Shown: in pieces, positions 18,923 through 30,475 of the stretch
How the letters are laid out: every line of letters begins with the position of its first letter
Numbering within the stretch: position 1 is the first letter of the stretch
From: Mollicutes bacterium
GTDB lineage: Bacteria > Bacillota_I > Bacilli_A > RF39 > UBA660
Length of the DNA: 59,277 nt
Direction of reading: 5' to 3'
Assembly (NCBI GenBank): GCA_012521575.1
Contig: JAAYMD010000022.1
Location: 1-59,277 of the forward strand
The notes under the pieces: model-generated
Database searches by the model: none
Told to the model about the DNA's origin: nothing
The model's input: the letters and a program-made list of their open reading frames with translations, nothing else
Program-made: the position numbers and the translations under genes

Positions 18923-19678
18923 TCACCTCTTTGTTAAAATTTTAACTCCTTCTTTGGTTACTAAAACAGTATGTTCAAAATGTGCAGATGGGGAATTATC
19001 TTTTGAAACAATGGTCCATCCATCTTCTTTTATATAAATTTCATGTGTTCTAAGATTTATCATTGGTTCTACGGCAATAACCATTCCTTCTTTTAAAAGG
19101 GGGCCTGTTCCTGGTTTACCATAATTTGGAACATCTGGTAATTCATGAAGTTCCTTACCTATTCCGTGCCCTACAAGTTCTCTTACTACTCCATAATTGA
19201 ATTTTTTAACATAACTTGATATAGCATGACCAATATCACCAATACGCACTCCTGATTTAATTACTTTCAAACCTTCATATAAAGCTTTTTCTGTATGTTT
19301 TAGTAACCTTTCTTTCTCAGGACTAATTTTTCCTACTGCATAAGTCCAAGCGGAGTCACCGTGATAACCTTTATAACAAACCCCAATATCAATTGATATG
19401 ATATCCCCTTTTTTTAACTTACGACTACTGGGGATTCCGTGAACAACTTCTTCATTAATTGATGTACATATTGATGCTGGGAAACCTTGATAATTTTTAA
19501 ATGATGGAATAGCTCCTGCTTCCCGAATAAATTTTTCAGCAATTTCATCAAGTTCTTTAGTTGTGATACCTGGTCTTATGAATTGTTCTAGATGTTTATG
19601 TGTATCACTTACAATTTTACATGCTTTTTCTATTAATTCTATTTCATATGGCGATTTAATATTAATTATAATCACCAC
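18923..19678 (-). CDS. map: Type I methionine aminopeptidase
   Basis: Metal ligand blocks DIGV..GYHGD, HGIG and EPM. Position after adk. Confidence 0.9.
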   Translation of the reverse strand: MVIIINIKSPYEIELIEKACKIVSDTHKHLEQFIRPGITTKELDEIAEKFIREAGAIPSFKNYQGFPASICTSINEEVVHGIPSSRKLKKGDIISIDIGVCYKGYHGDSAWTYAVGKISPEKERLLKHTEKALYEGLKVIKSGVRIGDIGHAISSYVKKFNYGVVRELVGHGIGKELHELPDVPNYGKPGTGPLLKEGMVIAVEPMINLRTHEIYIKEDGWTIVSKDNSPSAHFEHTVLVTKEGVKILTKR

Positions 19679-20330
19679 CTATATCTAAAATCTTAGTAAT
19701 TTGTTTAAAAGTATAATTTTTATCAATACTACTGTCAATTTCATAAAGTTTATTTTGGTTTTGATAATAACTGATTACTGGCATTGTTTCAATTAGATAA
19801 AGTTGATATCTGTTTTCAAAAACATCATTATTATCATCTTTTCTTCTAACTAAAATACCATTACATTTATCACAAATACCACTAGCTTTTGGTTTTGTTT
19901 CTTTTAACAATTCGTTATAAACTGCTTGACAATTACTACATATTAAGCGACCTACAATTCTTTTACGGGCTGTTTCCTTATCAATTTTTAGATGGAAAAC
20001 ATAATTTAATTCCATGTTATTTTCTTTTAAAAACTTGTCGTATAATTTTGCTTGTTTTAATGTTCGCGGAAATCCATCTAAAATAAATCCTTTTTCACAA
20101 TCTTTTTGCTTAATTCTATTGATCAATAAGTTCATAATTATGTCATCATCAATTAAATTACCTTTTTTCATATCTTCTTTAATATTAAGTCCAACAGCAG
20201 TTTTTCTTTCAACTTCATTTCTTAATATAGCACCAATAGAAATATGGGGTATATTGTATTTTTCTTTAAGGAGCTGAGCTTGTGTACCTTTACCTGCCGC
20301 TGGGGGAGAAAGAAGAATTATACTTTTCAC
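19662..20330 (-). CDS. adk: Adenylate kinase (Zn-lid type)
   Basis: P-loop PPAAGKGTQ, and a lid with CSNC...CDKC. Confidence 0.9.
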   Translation of the reverse strand: MKSIILLSPPAAGKGTQAQLLKEKYNIPHISIGAILRNEVERKTAVGLNIKEDMKKGNLIDDDIIMNLLINRIKQKDCEKGFILDGFPRTLKQAKLYDKFLKENNMELNYVFHLKIDKETARKRIVGRLICSNCQAVYNELLKETKPKASGICDKCNGILVRRKDDNNDVFENRYQLYLIETMPVISYYQNQNKLYEIDSSIDKNYTFKQITKILDIGGDYN

Positions 20331-21595
20331 CTTCTACGACCTCTTTTACGTGTACTAGTGTACATACGGCTTGATAATTGGCTATCTAAACTCTTATATG
20401 TTTCTAGCGCTACACCTACAACAATTAGAATTCCGGTTCCTCCAATTGAAATATTAGCTGGTAACTTCGAAACCATACTAAACACTATTGGAAGACCAGC
20501 AATGAAGGCTAGAGACAATGAACCAACAAAAGTTAATCTATAAATAATTGTTTTTATATAGTTTTCTGTTTCTTCTCCTGGTCTAATTCCAGGGATATAA
20601 CCTCCATTTTTTTGTAGATTTTCGGTCATTTCTTTCGGTTTCAATTGAACAAATGTATAAAAATATGTAAATAATATAATAAGTATAAAATACATTATAA
20701 ATCCTGTTACTGTATCAAGAGCAACATAATTAGTTATAAATTCTTCATATTTTGAATTATTAATCATTCCTACAAACATAGCAGGGATTGATAATAATGA
20801 AGATGCAAAAATTACTGGTATAACTCCTGCTGAATTTAATTTAAATGGTATATAATTTTGTTTTCCTAAATAGCTAGTTGATTTATTAGCATATTGAATA
20901 GGTATTCTTTTTTCCGCAGATTGTTCAAAAATAATACCTATCACGATTAATAAATAAATTATTACAAATAGTACAAAGAATAATATTCCTAATGAAGAAT
21001 AATCTTCTGTAAATATCTCCCAAGTTTGCATGAACATGGTTGGAACACTTGCAATGATACCAGCCATGATAATTAGTGAAATTCCATTTCCTATACCTTT
21101 AGCAGTAATTTGATCTCCCATCCAAAGTAAAAACGATGTACCTGCAGTTAAAACAGTCGCAAATTGCATGTAATCTAATACCGTTCCATTTTTTATAAAA
21201 GCAAAGGACATTATATATCCTTGAATAAAAGCTAAGATGATCCCTAATACCCGTGTGATTTTATTAATTTTTACACGACCAGTATGTCCTTCTTTAGCTA
21301 ATTCTGCAAGATAGGGTATAATATCCATTTGTGCAAGTTGAATAACGATTGAGGCAGTAATATATGGCATTACACCTAAACCGAAAATCGAAAATCTTTC
21401 TAGGGCTCCTCCACCCATAACATTAATTAATTCAAGAAAACCTAAGTTATGTGTTCCAAGTTCATATTTGTTAATTCCTGGGACAATTATAGTTGTTCCA
21501 AGTTTAAATATGAAAAGGGCAAATAAGGTAAAAAGTATTTTTTTTCGAATATCTTTATTTTTGGAATTAAATATTTGCTTCAAATTAGCAAACAT
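20327..21595 (-). CDS. secY: Preprotein translocase subunit SecY
   Basis: 422-aa polytopic protein with GGALERFSIFGLGVMPYITASI. Position after rplO. Confidence 0.95.
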   Translation of the reverse strand: MFANLKQIFNSKNKDIRKKILFTLFALFIFKLGTTIIVPGINKYELGTHNLGFLELINVMGGGALERFSIFGLGVMPYITASIVIQLAQMDIIPYLAELAKEGHTGRVKINKITRVLGIILAFIQGYIMSFAFIKNGTVLDYMQFATVLTAGTSFLLWMGDQITAKGIGNGISLIIMAGIIASVPTMFMQTWEIFTEDYSSLGILFFVLFVIIYLLIVIGIIFEQSAEKRIPIQYANKSTSYLGKQNYIPFKLNSAGVIPVIFASSLLSIPAMFVGMINNSKYEEFITNYVALDTVTGFIMYFILIILFTYFYTFVQLKPKEMTENLQKNGGYIPGIRPGEETENYIKTIIYRLTFVGSLSLAFIAGLPIVFSMVSKLPANISIGGTGILIVVGVALETYKSLDSQLSSRMYTSTRKRGRRR

Positions 21596-21596
21596 T

Positions 21597-22040
21597 TTAG
21601 ATCACCTCAGCTTTTCCACCTAGTTTTTCTATTTTTGCTTGCGCTGTACTAGAAAACTTATTGGCTTTAACATGTAGTTTCTTATCTAAATTACCTTTTC
21701 CTAATACTTTGATTCCATCTAATTGTTTTTTAACTATACCCATTTCTTTTAATAGTTCTGGTGTTACAACAGTTCCATCTTCAAATTTATTTAAATCATC
21801 TAAATTGATTACTGCATAAACTTTTTTAAATGGTGCATTTGAAAAACCTCTCTTTGGAATTCTTCGGAATAATGGTGTTTGACCACCTTCAAACCATATT
21901 TTTACGCCACCACCACTTCTAGCTTTTTGTCCTTTATGTCCTCTACCACTTGTTTTTCCTAAACCACTTCCTGGTCCTCGTCCTACACGCTTTGAATTTT
22001 TGGTCGCACCAGAATTTGGATAAAGATTATGTAACTTCAT
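21597..22040 (-). CDS. rplO: 50S ribosomal protein L15
   Basis: MKLHNL.P..GA....KRVGRG.GSG.GKT.GRGHKG. Confidence 0.95.
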   Translation of the reverse strand: MKLHNLYPNSGATKNSKRVGRGPGSGLGKTSGRGHKGQKARSGGGVKIWFEGGQTPLFRRIPKRGFSNAPFKKVYAVINLDDLNKFEDGTVVTPELLKEMGIVKKQLDGIKVLGKGNLDKKLHVKANKFSSTAQAKIEKLGGKAEVI

Positions 22041-22546
22041 TAGATTATCTCCTCCACTTTTTTACCTCGAAGTTTAGCAACTTCTTCAACAGTTTTTTGA
22101 CTTTTTAAAGCTTCAAGGGTAGCGTACGCAACATTAATTTTAGTTTTTGAACCCAAAGATTTAGAAATTACATCCTTAACACCAGCTAGTTCTAAGACTG
22201 AACGTACTGCTCCTCCAGCTTTTACACCAGTACCTTTATATGCTGGTTTTAGTAAAACTTTACTTGCACCACGTACACCAATTGCTTCATGAGGTATAGT
22301 TCTTCCTTCAACAAGTGGAATTCTAACAACATTTTTAGTTGCTGCTTGAACAGCTTTTTTAATAGCGTCTGGTACTTCGTTAGCTTTTCCAGTTCCAAGA
22401 CCAACAAGACCATTACGATTACCGACTACCACTAAAGCTGAGAAACGAAAATGTCTTCCACCCTTAGTCACTTTTGTTACACGACTAATATTAATTACTT
22501 CTTCGTCGAATTGTTTTGGGCGTGGTTCTCTTCTTCTGCGTTCCAT
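22040..22546 (-). CDS. rpsE: 30S ribosomal protein S5
   Basis: [21 protein letters not shown] motif. Its stop overlaps the rplO start, which leaves no room for rpmD. Confidence 0.95.
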   Translation of the reverse strand: MERRRREPRPKQFDEEVINISRVTKVTKGGRHFRFSALVVVGNRNGLVGLGTGKANEVPDAIKKAVQAATKNVVRIPLVEGRTIPHEAIGVRGASKVLLKPAYKGTGVKAGGAVRSVLELAGVKDVISKSLGSKTKINVAYATLEALKSQKTVEEVAKLRGKKVEEII

Positions 22547-22558
22547 TAATTAACCTCC

Positions 22559-22921
22559 TTAGAATTTTAATCCATTTTGACGTGCTGCTTCTGCTAAGGC
22601 TTTAACACGTCCGTGATATTTATATCCACCTCTATCGAATTTAACTTCAATAATTTTGGCTTCTTTTGCTCTTTTTGCAAGCAATTCTCCTACTTTTTTA
22701 GCAGCTTCTACATTGCCACCGTTTTCAAGCTTTAATTCTTTGTCGACAGTTGATGCACTTACTAATGTATTTCCTGTTTCATCGTCTATAATTTGAGCAT
22801 AAATATTACTATTTGATCTAAAGATATTAAGTCTTGGTACAGTAGCAGTACCTTTTACTTTATCTTTATATCTTGCTTGTCTTTTTTTTCGTAATTCATT
22901 ACGAGATACCTTTTTAATCAT
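22559..22921 (-). CDS. rplR: 50S ribosomal protein L18
   Basis: [17 protein letters not shown] and a C-terminal [19 protein letters not shown]. Confidence 0.95.
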   Translation of the reverse strand: MIKKVSRNELRKKRQARYKDKVKGTATVPRLNIFRSNSNIYAQIIDDETGNTLVSASTVDKELKLENGGNVEAAKKVGELLAKRAKEAKIIEVKFDRGGYKYHGRVKALAEAARQNGLKF

Positions 22922-22948
22922 AGTAAATCTCTCCTTTACTTTTGGTTA

Positions 22949-23476
22949 TTAAGCAGCTTTTTTACCTGCCTTACGGATAACAACTTCGTCGCTATAACGA
23001 ATTCCTTTTCCTTTATATGGCTCAGGTTTTCTAACTTTACGAATATTTGCCGCAAATTCTCCTACCTTAAATTTATCAATACCTTTTACAATTAACTGAG
23101 TATTAGATGGTAGTTCAACAGTAATTCCCTCAGGTATTTCCATTTCTACAGGATGAGAAAATCCTACTGAAATAACTAATATATTTCCCTTTAAGCTAAA
23201 ACGATATCCAACTCCTATGGCTTCTAATTTTTTTTCAAAACCGTTAGTTACACCTTCAATCATATTTTTAATATGGGCATTAGTTGTTCCATGAATATTT
23301 TTTAAGTTTTCATCGGCATGCACTCTTAATTCATTGCCTGTTATTTCAACTTTCACATTCTCATCAATAGTAGTAGAAAGTTCACCTTTAGGACCTTTTA
23401 CTGTTACAACATTACCATCTACTGTTACAGTCACACTTTCAGGTAATGTTAATACTCTTTTTCCAATTCGACTCAT
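22949..23476 (-). CDS. rplF: 50S ribosomal protein L6
   Basis: MSRIGKRVLTLPESVTV N-terminus. Confidence 0.95.
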   Translation of the reverse strand: MSRIGKRVLTLPESVTVTVDGNVVTVKGPKGELSTTIDENVKVEITGNELRVHADENLKNIHGTTNAHIKNMIEGVTNGFEKKLEAIGVGYRFSLKGNILVISVGFSHPVEMEIPEGITVELPSNTQLIVKGIDKFKVGEFAANIRKVRKPEPYKGKGIRYSDEVVIRKAGKKAA

Positions 23477-23494
23477 AATAATCCTCCTTGTTTC

Positions 23495-23893
23495 TTACCA
23501 AACGTATGCGATTACTTCCCCACCAAGTGATTTTTCTCTTGCTTCTTTATCAGTCATTAATCCTCTTGATGTTGAAATAATTGCTATTCCTAAACCATTT
23601 AATACTTTTGGTACTTCATTAGTTTTAACATATACTCGTAAACCAGGTTTTGAAATCCTTTTTAAACCTGTAATTACTCGTTCTTTTTTTGGCCCATATT
23701 TTAAGGTTAAAACAATAATGTTTTGAACTCCGTTTTTCTTAATTTGATAATCTTTAATAAAACCTTCTTCTTTTAAAATTTTTGCAATTTCTATTTTAAT
23801 TTTTGAAGCGGGTACTTCTACTTCTTTATATCGCATTTGATTTGCATTACGAATCCTTGTAAACATATCAGCAATTGGATCGTTAACAACCAT
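23495..23893 (-). CDS. rpsH: 30S ribosomal protein S8
   Basis: [13 protein letters not shown] motif and C-terminal GGEVIAYVW. Confidence 0.95.
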   Translation of the reverse strand: MVVNDPIADMFTRIRNANQMRYKEVEVPASKIKIEIAKILKEEGFIKDYQIKKNGVQNIIVLTLKYGPKKERVITGLKRISKPGLRVYVKTNEVPKVLNGLGIAIISTSRGLMTDKEAREKSLGGEVIAYVW

Positions 23894-23911
23894 AAATATC
23901 CTCCTTTCAAT

Positions 23912-24097
23912 TTACCAGCTTGATTTTTTAACGCCTGGTATTTGTCCTTTGTACGCTAGTTCTCTAAAACAGATACGGCATATTCCGTATTTTCTTAAAA
24001 CGGCACGTGGTCGTCCACATCTTTGACAACGAGAATACTCTCGTACTTTAAATTTTGCTTTTCGTCTAGCTTGAACAATTTTACTTTTTTTAGCCAT
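23912..24097 (-). CDS. rpsN: 30S ribosomal protein S14, type Z (zinc-binding, 61 aa)
   Basis: CxxC...CxxC (CQRCGRP....CRIC) and C-terminal KSSW. Confidence 0.95.
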   Translation of the reverse strand: MAKKSKIVQARRKAKFKVREYSRCQRCGRPRAVLRKYGICRICFRELAYKGQIPGVKKSSW

Positions 24098-24116
24098 GCT
24101 ACCCTCCTTTTTAGAG

Positions 24117-24656
24117 TTAATTCCTAAACGGCAGTCCTAGTCTTTTTAATAATTCATATGCTTCTTCGTTTGTTTTGGCTGTAGTAACAAATACAATATC
24201 CATTCCACGAACTTTGACAATATTGTCATATTCAATTTCTGAAAATATTAATTGTTCTGTTATACCTAAGGTATAATTTCCGCGGCCATCAAAAGATTTC
24301 GGTGAAACACCTTTAAAATCCCTTACACGTGGTAGGGCTATACTGATAAGTTTATCTAAAAAATTATACATTTTTTCGCCTCGTAATGTTACTTTACATC
24401 CTACTGGATGACCTTCTCTTATTTTAAATCCCGCAATTGCCTTTTTAGCACGTGTTATAACAGGTTTTTGACCTGTAATTAATTCAAGATCTCTAACTGC
24501 TCCTTCTATTATTTTAGCATTGTGTGCACCGTCACCAGCACCAATATTTATAACAATTTTTTCTAATTTAGGCACTTGCATAACTGATTTATAATTAAAT
24601 TTTTCCATTAAACTAGGTATAACCTCTTTTTTATATTTTTCTTTTAGGCGGCTCAC
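24117..24656 (-). CDS. rplE: 50S ribosomal protein L5
   Basis: [13 protein letters not shown]-terminus and the RGNYTLG block. Confidence 0.95.
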   Translation of the reverse strand: MSRLKEKYKKEVIPSLMEKFNYKSVMQVPKLEKIVINIGAGDGAHNAKIIEGAVRDLELITGQKPVITRAKKAIAGFKIREGHPVGCKVTLRGEKMYNFLDKLISIALPRVRDFKGVSPKSFDGRGNYTLGITEQLIFSEIEYDNIVKVRGMDIVFVTTAKTNEEAYELLKRLGLPFRN

Positions 24657-24673
24657 TTTTTTCCTCCTTCCAA

Positions 24674-24982
24674 CTAGTCAAGTTTTGTACTTGATTTTTT
24701 AGTTACTCTTACTTTTTTGTTGTTTTTATCATATGTATATCCTACTCTTGTTCTTTGATTTGTTTTAGGATCTAAAATCATAACATTAGAAGCATGAATA
24801 GGTGCTTCCATCTCAATAATACCACCAGGATTACGTCCATCTGATTTTTGATGCTTTTTGACGATATTTACATTTTCAACAATTACTTTATTTTCTTTAC
24901 GTAAAACTTTTAAAATTTTTCCTTCTTTTCCTTTATCTTTACCAGCTATAACAACAACTTTATCTCCAGTTTTAAATTTCAT
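24674..24982 (-). CDS. rplX: 50S ribosomal protein L24
   Basis: [21 protein letters not shown] motif. Confidence 0.95.
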   Translation of the reverse strand: MKFKTGDKVVVIAGKDKGKEGKILKVLRKENKVIVENVNIVKKHQKSDGRNPGGIIEMEAPIHASNVMILDPKTNQRTRVGYTYDKNNKKVRVTKKSSTKLD

Positions 24983-24993
24983 ATTTTAACCTC

Positions 24994-25362
24994 CTATAAC
25001 ACTTCTTTAGCAAGTGATATAATTTTCATATAATTTTTGTCACGTAATTCACGTGCAACTGGTCCAAAAATACGAGTTCCAACTGGACTTTTATCATCTT
25101 TAATAATGACGCATGCATTATCATCAAATTTGATATAAGATCCATCTTCTCTTCTTAGACCAAATTTAGTTCTAACAATTACAGCCTTAACAACTTTTCC
25201 TTTTTTTACAGTACTATTTGGAATAGCCTTTTTAACAGTTCCAATAACAACATCGCCGATATTTCCGGTTTTAACAGTACTGCCTCCTAGCACACGAATA
25301 ACCGAAATTTCACGCGCACCAGAATTGTCAGCTACTTTTAAGCGGCTTTCTTGTTGAATCAT
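24994..25362 (-). CDS. rplN: 50S ribosomal protein L14
   Basis: [20 protein letters not shown]-terminus. Confidence 0.95.
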   Translation of the reverse strand: MIQQESRLKVADNSGAREISVIRVLGGSTVKTGNIGDVVIGTVKKAIPNSTVKKGKVVKAVIVRTKFGLRREDGSYIKFDDNACVIIKDDKSPVGTRIFGPVARELRDKNYMKIISLAKEVL

Positions 25363-25387
25363 AATTATTCCTCCTTATCCGTTGCAA

Positions 25388-25648
25388 TTATATAATAACT
25401 GCTTTTTCAATTATTTCTACTAAACGATAACGTTTAGTTTTTGATAATGGTCTACATTCAACAATACGAACTACATCTCCAACCTTAGCTTCATTTTTTT
25501 CATCATGAGCAGAATATTTTTTAGAACGCTTTACACGCTTACCATATAATTTATCAACAATATAATTTTCAACTAAAACAGTAATTGTCTTATCATTTTT
25601 ATCACTTACTACTTTACCAATCAGTTCACGCTTTCTATTTTCTTTCAT
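25388..25648 (-). CDS. rpsQ: 30S ribosomal protein S17
   Basis: [17 protein letters not shown].....LYGKR motif. Confidence 0.95.
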   Translation of the reverse strand: MKENRKRELIGKVVSDKNDKTITVLVENYIVDKLYGKRVKRSKKYSAHDEKNEAKVGDVVRIVECRPLSKTKRYRLVEIIEKAVII

Positions 25649-25660
25649 AATGCCCTCCTT

Positions 25661-25858
25661 TTAATTATTTTCCAATTCACGTTCACGAAGTACGGTTTTC
25701 ATACGTGCAACAGTTTTTCTTAATTCTTTAATTCGAGAAGGCTTTTCTAAATTTCCAGTAGCTTGACTAAAGCGTAAATTAAATAATTCTTCTTTATATT
25801 CTTCTATTTTTTTGGTGATTTCTTCGTTAGAAAGTTTTCTAATTTCTTCAATTTTCAT
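25661..25858 (-). CDS. rpmC: 50S ribosomal protein L29
   Basis: [13 protein letters not shown]...LFNLRFQ-like motif. The ATG at 25858 overlaps the rplP TGA stop (ATGAAAATTGA). Confidence 0.9.
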   Translation of the reverse strand: MKIEEIRKLSNEEITKKIEEYKEELFNLRFSQATGNLEKPSRIKELRKTVARMKTVLRERELENN

Positions 25859-26279
25859 TAGTATCACCACTTTCTTTTTTCACAAATTTACACTTAATAG
25901 GCAATTTGTGCATTGCTAAACGTAACGCTTCACGAGCTACTTCTTCACTAACACCATCTACTTCAAACATTATTTTTCCTTCTTTTACAACAGCTACCCA
26001 TTTTTCCGGTTGACCTTTACCTTTACCCATACGAGTTTCTAAAGGTTTTCTTGTTAATGATAAGTGTGGAAAAATATTGATCCAAACTTTTCCACCTCTT
26101 TTCATATATCTAGTCATAGCAACACGAGCAGCTTCAATTTGTTGTTGACTAATCCATCCACCTTCCATTGCTTTTAGTCCATACGAACCAAAGTGTAGTT
26201 CTAAATTTCCTTTTGCTTTACCTTCGTATTTAAGACGATGAGGCTTACGATATTTAGTTTTTCTTGGTATTACTGCCAT
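25848..26279 (-). CDS. rplP: 50S ribosomal protein L16
   Basis: [11 protein letters not shown] and RMGKGKG motifs. Terminates at TGA. Confidence 0.95.
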   Translation of the reverse strand: MAVIPRKTKYRKPHRLKYEGKAKGNLELHFGSYGLKAMEGGWISQQQIEAARVAMTRYMKRGGKVWINIFPHLSLTRKPLETRMGKGKGQPEKWVAVVKEGKIMFEVDGVSEEVAREALRLAMHKLPIKCKFVKKESGDTNEN

Positions 26280-26934
26280 CTTTATTACCTCCCTTATTTT
26301 TCTTTTCAGGAAGGATTTCCCCTTTATAAATCCATACCTTTACACCGATTTTTCCAAATGTAGTATCTGCTTCTTTATGTGCATAATCAATATCGGCTCT
26401 AAGCGTGTGAAGCGGAATAGTTCCTTCTGTATATCCTTCTGTTCTTGCCATATCAGCTCCACCTAAACGTCCTGATACTGCAGTTTTAATACCTTTTGCT
26501 CCTGCTTTCATAGCATTTCTAATTGCTCGTTTTTGTGCAACACGGAAAGAAACGCGATTTTCTATTTGTTTTGCAATATCTTCAGCTACTATGTTTGCAT
26601 CAATGTTTGGATTTTTAACTTCCTTAATTGAAATAATAATTTCCTCATTAACTAATTTTGATAATTCTTTTTTTACTTTTTCAATCTCTTCGCCACCGTG
26701 TCCAATTACAACTCCTGGTTTGGCAGTATTAATAATTACTTCAACTTGTTTAGGTGTTCTTTCAATTAAGATACTTGAAACTGCTGCGTCTTTATATTTT
26801 TTTTCTAAATATTCTCTTATCTTAATATCATTAAGTAAATATTTAGAGAAATCCTTATTTTCGGCATACCATTTTGACTGCCAATCTTTATTATTTCCTA
26901 ATCTAAGTCCTATTGGACTAACTTTTTGACCCAT
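26254..26934 (-). CDS. rpsC: 30S ribosomal protein S3
   Basis: [14 protein letters not shown]-terminus and a KH domain. Confidence 0.95.
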   Translation of the reverse strand: MGQKVSPIGLRLGNNKDWQSKWYAENKDFSKYLLNDIKIREYLEKKYKDAAVSSILIERTPKQVEVIINTAKPGVVIGHGGEEIEKVKKELSKLVNEEIIISIKEVKNPNIDANIVAEDIAKQIENRVSFRVAQKRAIRNAMKAGAKGIKTAVSGRLGGADMARTEGYTEGTIPLHTLRADIDYAHKEADTTFGKIGVKVWIYKGEILPEKKNKGGNKDGSNTKKN

Positions 26935-26950
26935 CAGTTACCTCCTTTTT

Positions 26951-27286
26951 CTATTTTTCATCACTTACAACTATGGTGATGTGACTTGTTCTTTTTTTGA
27001 TTGGATCAACATACCCACGTGACCCAAATCGATATCTTTTCATCGTTGGACCTTCGTCAACAATTGCTTTTTTAATGATTAAATTTTCCTTTTTTAATTC
27101 AAGATTATTTTCAGCGTTAGCTATTGCTGATTGTAATACTTTACGGATAATTCTAGCAGCTTTTTTGTTTTTGTTTTTTAAAATTACGTCTGCATCTTCA
27201 ACATTTTTACCACGAATTAAATCTATAACTAAACGAGCTTTACGAGGCGCGATTCTAACAGTTTTTGCGATTGCTTTTACTTCCAT
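26951..27286 (-). CDS. rplV: 50S ribosomal protein L22
   Basis: [18 protein letters not shown] motif. Confidence 0.95.
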   Translation of the reverse strand: MEVKAIAKTVRIAPRKARLVIDLIRGKNVEDADVILKNKNKKAARIIRKVLQSAIANAENNLELKKENLIIKKAIVDEGPTMKRYRFGSRGYVDPIKKRTSHITIVVSDEK

Positions 27287-27308
27287 TTTAGTCCTCCTCT
27301 CTGGCTAA

Positions 27309-27587
27309 TTATCCTCTATCTTGCTTTTTAGCATCGCCATGACCACCGAATTTACGTGTTGGTGCGAATTCACCTAATTTGTGACCAACCATATCTTCAG
27401 TTACATATACAGGAATAAATTCTTTTCCGTTGTGTACAGCAAAAGTATGACCAATGAATTCTGGAAAAATTGTTGAACGACGTGACCATGTTTTTATTAC
27501 CTCTTTTTTACCAGAAGCATTTAATTTTTTCACTTTTTCCATTAAATGACTATCTACAAATGGTCCTTTTTTTAAACTTCTTGCCAT
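27309..27587 (-). CDS. rpsS: 30S ribosomal protein S19
   Basis: [13 protein letters not shown]-terminus. Confidence 0.95.
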   Translation of the reverse strand: MARSLKKGPFVDSHLMEKVKKLNASGKKEVIKTWSRRSTIFPEFIGHTFAVHNGKEFIPVYVTEDMVGHKLGEFAPTRKFGGHGDAKKQDRG

Positions 27588-27604
27588 TTAAACCATCCTT
27601 TCAA

Positions 27605-28436
27605 TTATTTTTTACGACGTCTAATAATTAATTTAGATGATGCTTTCTTCGGATTACGAGTTTTAAAACCTAATGCTGGTTTACCCCATGGAGTAACTGG
27701 TGCAGAACGTCCAATAGGAGATCTACCTTCACCACCACCATGTGGATGATCATTAGGATTCATAACAGAACCACGAACAACAGGTCTAAATCCTAAATGT
27801 CTCTTACGACCAGCTTTACCTAAATTAATTAATTCATGATCTTTATTTCCAACTTCTCCAATAGTTGCACGACATATTCCTAATACTTTACGAACTTCAT
27901 CGCTTTTTAAGCGCAACAGTGTGTATTTTCCTTCATGTCCAAGGATTTGCGCTGATGAACCAGCTGAACGAGCAAGTTGTGCTCCTTTTCCTGGTTTTAA
28001 TTCAATATTGTGCACCATTGTTCCTTCCGGAATATTTCTTAATTCTAATGTATTTCCTACTTTTATATCAGCATTTGCACCGCTTATTACTTTATCTCCT
28101 ACTTTTAATCCTTCTGGAGCAATAATATATCGTTTTTCACCATCTTTATAATTGATTAGCGCAATGTTTGCTGTTCTATTTGGATCGTATTCGATTGAAG
28201 CAACAATACCCTCGATACCATCTTTATTTCTTTTGAAATCTATAATACGATATTTTCTTTTTGCTCCACCACCGCGATGTCTTACTGTAATTCTACCTTT
28301 ATTATTACGACCTCCTGATTTTTTTAGTGGTACAACTAATGATTTTTCTGGTGCTTTTTTTAGTAAGATCTGAAAAATCTATTGATGTTTTTCCTCGATT
28401 ACCACTAGTTACAGGTTTATAAGTTTTTATCGCCAC
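27605..28436 (-). pseudogene. rplB: 50S ribosomal protein L2 gene, reading frame broken as assembled by one extra base in an A7 run (28355-28361)
   Basis: GTG at 28436 (RBS AAAGGAGG) encodes [27 protein letters not shown]. The L2 sequence [30 protein letters not shown]... then continues without stops in the +1 frame down to the 27605-28018 ORF. The span is 832 nt, which is 277 codons plus 1 nt. Confidence 0.9.
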
Positions 28437-28460
28437 ATTAATCCTCCTTTTAACTATTCA

Positions 28461-28745
28461 CTATTCAAAATCAATCGAATGTCCTTCACTTAATTTAACC
28501 ATTGCTTTTTTTACTTTATTTCTTCTTCCAAAATAACGTCCAAATCTCTTCTTTTTTGGTTCAACATTTATAATATTAACACTTTCTACTTTTACATTAA
28601 AAATCTTTTCAATCGCTTGTTTAATTTGCACTTTATTTGCTCTTATATCTACACTAAAAGTATAAGTATTATGATTACGTTTTAAATCTTCACTTTTTTC
28701 AGTAATAATTGGTGCTTTTATAATATCTCTATAATTACTTATCAT
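28461..28745 (-). CDS. rplW: 50S ribosomal protein L23
   Basis: [12 protein letters not shown] motif and conserved gene order. Confidence 0.95.
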   Translation of the reverse strand: MISNYRDIIKAPIITEKSEDLKRNHNTYTFSVDIRANKVQIKQAIEKIFNVKVESVNIINVEPKKKRFGRYFGRRNKVKKAMVKLSEGHSIDFE

Positions 28746-29372
28746 TTAGACAAGCACCTCCTCTAGCATATTAACAGCTTCAACAGTAATTATCATTTTA
28801 TCGGCACTTACAATATCAACAGTATTAATTTCATCAACATGTAATAGTATCACATTTTCTAAATTTCTTGTTCCTAAAATCATATTTTCTGTTAATTCAT
28901 CAACTACTATTAAAACATTTTCATCAACAACTCCAAGTTGTTCTAAAGTTTTAATCATATCTTTAGTTTTGTGACTTTCAACATCAAATTTATCAACAAC
29001 GATTAAATTATTTTCAATTGTTTTGTAAGAAAGTGCTGATTTAAGCGCTAGTCGGCGCTCCTTACGATTCATTTTTTTACTATAATTTCTAGGTTTTGGT
29101 CCAAAAACTATTCCTCCACCTACCCAAATAGGTGATCTAATACTTCCATGACGTGCTCGTCCTGTTCCTTTTTGGCGCCATGGTTTACGTCCTCCACCAC
29201 TTACTTCAGCTCGTGTTTTTGTTGAATGTGTTCCTTGTCTTTGAGAACTTCTAGTTAAAATAATCGCATCATATAAAACAGCATCATTTGGTTTAATTGC
29301 CCAAACATTTTCATTCAAAGTAATATCTTTCACTTTTTCACCATTTATATTTAATACAGATAATTTACCCAT
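28746..29372 (-). CDS. rplD: 50S ribosomal protein L4
   Basis: GGGRKPWRQKGTGRAR motif. Confidence 0.95.
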   Translation of the reverse strand: MGKLSVLNINGEKVKDITLNENVWAIKPNDAVLYDAIILTRSSQRQGTHSTKTRAEVSGGGRKPWRQKGTGRARHGSIRSPIWVGGGIVFGPKPRNYSKKMNRKERRLALKSALSYKTIENNLIVVDKFDVESHKTKDMIKTLEQLGVVDENVLIVVDELTENMILGTRNLENVILLHVDEINTVDIVSADKMIITVEAVNMLEEVLV

Positions 29373-29385
29373 ATTTTATAACCTC

Positions 29386-30132
29386 CTAATTATTTTCGTT
29401 AGTTTCTACGTTTTCAACAACAGGTTCTTCTTGTGGTGAATTTTCTGATATTACTTCTTTTTCTTCTATATTTTGGACATTAAGTTCTTCTACTTCTTTC
29501 ACCTTACCTGGGTTTTTAACTGCTGTTTTTATAGTTACTAGCGACTTTTTAGCACCAGGCACATTTCCTTTTACTAATAACACATTATTTTCGATATCAA
29601 CCATAACAATCTCAAGATTTTGAATAGTTACAGTTTCTCCACCCATGCGACCTGGTAATGTCATTCCTTTAAAAACACGTGCAGGTCTCATTGAACCTAA
29701 TGAACCTGGTCTTCTGTGAAAACGAGAACCATGACTTTCAGGACCACGACCTTGATTATGACGTTTAATGACACCTTGGAACCCTTTTCCTTTACTTGTT
29801 CCAGTTACATCAACTAATTCTCCTTCTTGGAAAATATCTACTTTTATTTCTTGTCCTAAAGTATAATCACTTGAATCAACACCTCTAATTTCTCTAAAGA
29901 AGCGCTTAGGTGTTGTATTTGCTTTATTGGTATGACCAATTGATGGCTTATTAGCTAATTTTTCACGAATACTACCATACCCTAATTGAATAGCATTATA
30001 TCCATCTTTTTCGACAGTTTTAATTTGTGTTACTATGTTTGGTTCAACTTCAATAACAGTTACCGGAATTAATTTTCCTGATTTAGTAAACACTTGTGTC
30101 ATACCAACTTTACGACCTAAGATTCCTTTCAT
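29386..30132 (-). CDS. rplC: 50S ribosomal protein L3 (with an acidic C-terminal tail of about 40 aa)
   Basis: [16 protein letters not shown]-terminus and [14 protein letters not shown] block. Confidence 0.95.
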   Translation of the reverse strand: MKGILGRKVGMTQVFTKSGKLIPVTVIEVEPNIVTQIKTVEKDGYNAIQLGYGSIREKLANKPSIGHTNKANTTPKRFFREIRGVDSSDYTLGQEIKVDIFQEGELVDVTGTSKGKGFQGVIKRHNQGRGPESHGSRFHRRPGSLGSMRPARVFKGMTLPGRMGGETVTIQNLEIVMVDIENNVLLVKGNVPGAKKSLVTIKTAVKNPGKVKEVEELNVQNIEEKEVISENSPQEEPVVENVETNENN

Positions 30133-30163
30133 ATCCTTTCCTCCTATTTTCTAATTTTTTTAC

Positions 30164-30475
30164 CTATATTTTTATTTTGATGTCAACGCCACTAGGAATA
30201 TCTAAATGAGTTAGTGCATCAATAGTTTCCTTCGTTGGGTTGATAATATCAATTAATCTTTTATGAGTTCTTTTTTCAAATTGCTCTCGTGAGTCTTTGT
30301 ATTTGTGAACCGCTCTTAAAATGGTAATTTTTTCAATTTCCGTTGGTAACGGAATCGGTCCACTTACTTCCCCACCTGTTCTTTTTACAGTTTGGATTAT
30401 TTTTGCACATGCATTATCCAAACTTTTGTGTTCAAATGCTTTTAATTTGATTCGAACTCTATTTTTTGACATCAT
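30164..30475 (-). CDS. rpsJ: 30S ribosomal protein S10
   Basis: [13 protein letters not shown] and [23 protein letters not shown] motifs. Confidence 0.95.
   Translation of the reverse strand: MMSKNRVRIKLKAFEHKSLDNACAKIIQTVKRTGGEVSGPIPLPTEIEKITILRAVHKYKDSREQFEKRTHKRLIDIINPTKETIDALTHLDIPSGVDIKIKI

Noticed and set aside
27865-28373. Three plus-strand ORFs (27865-28125, 27921-28151, 28152-28373).
   Set aside because: They lie antisense to rplB. They appear only because the frameshifted rplB leaves no long minus-strand ORF in the track. The minus strand encodes canonical L2 throughout.
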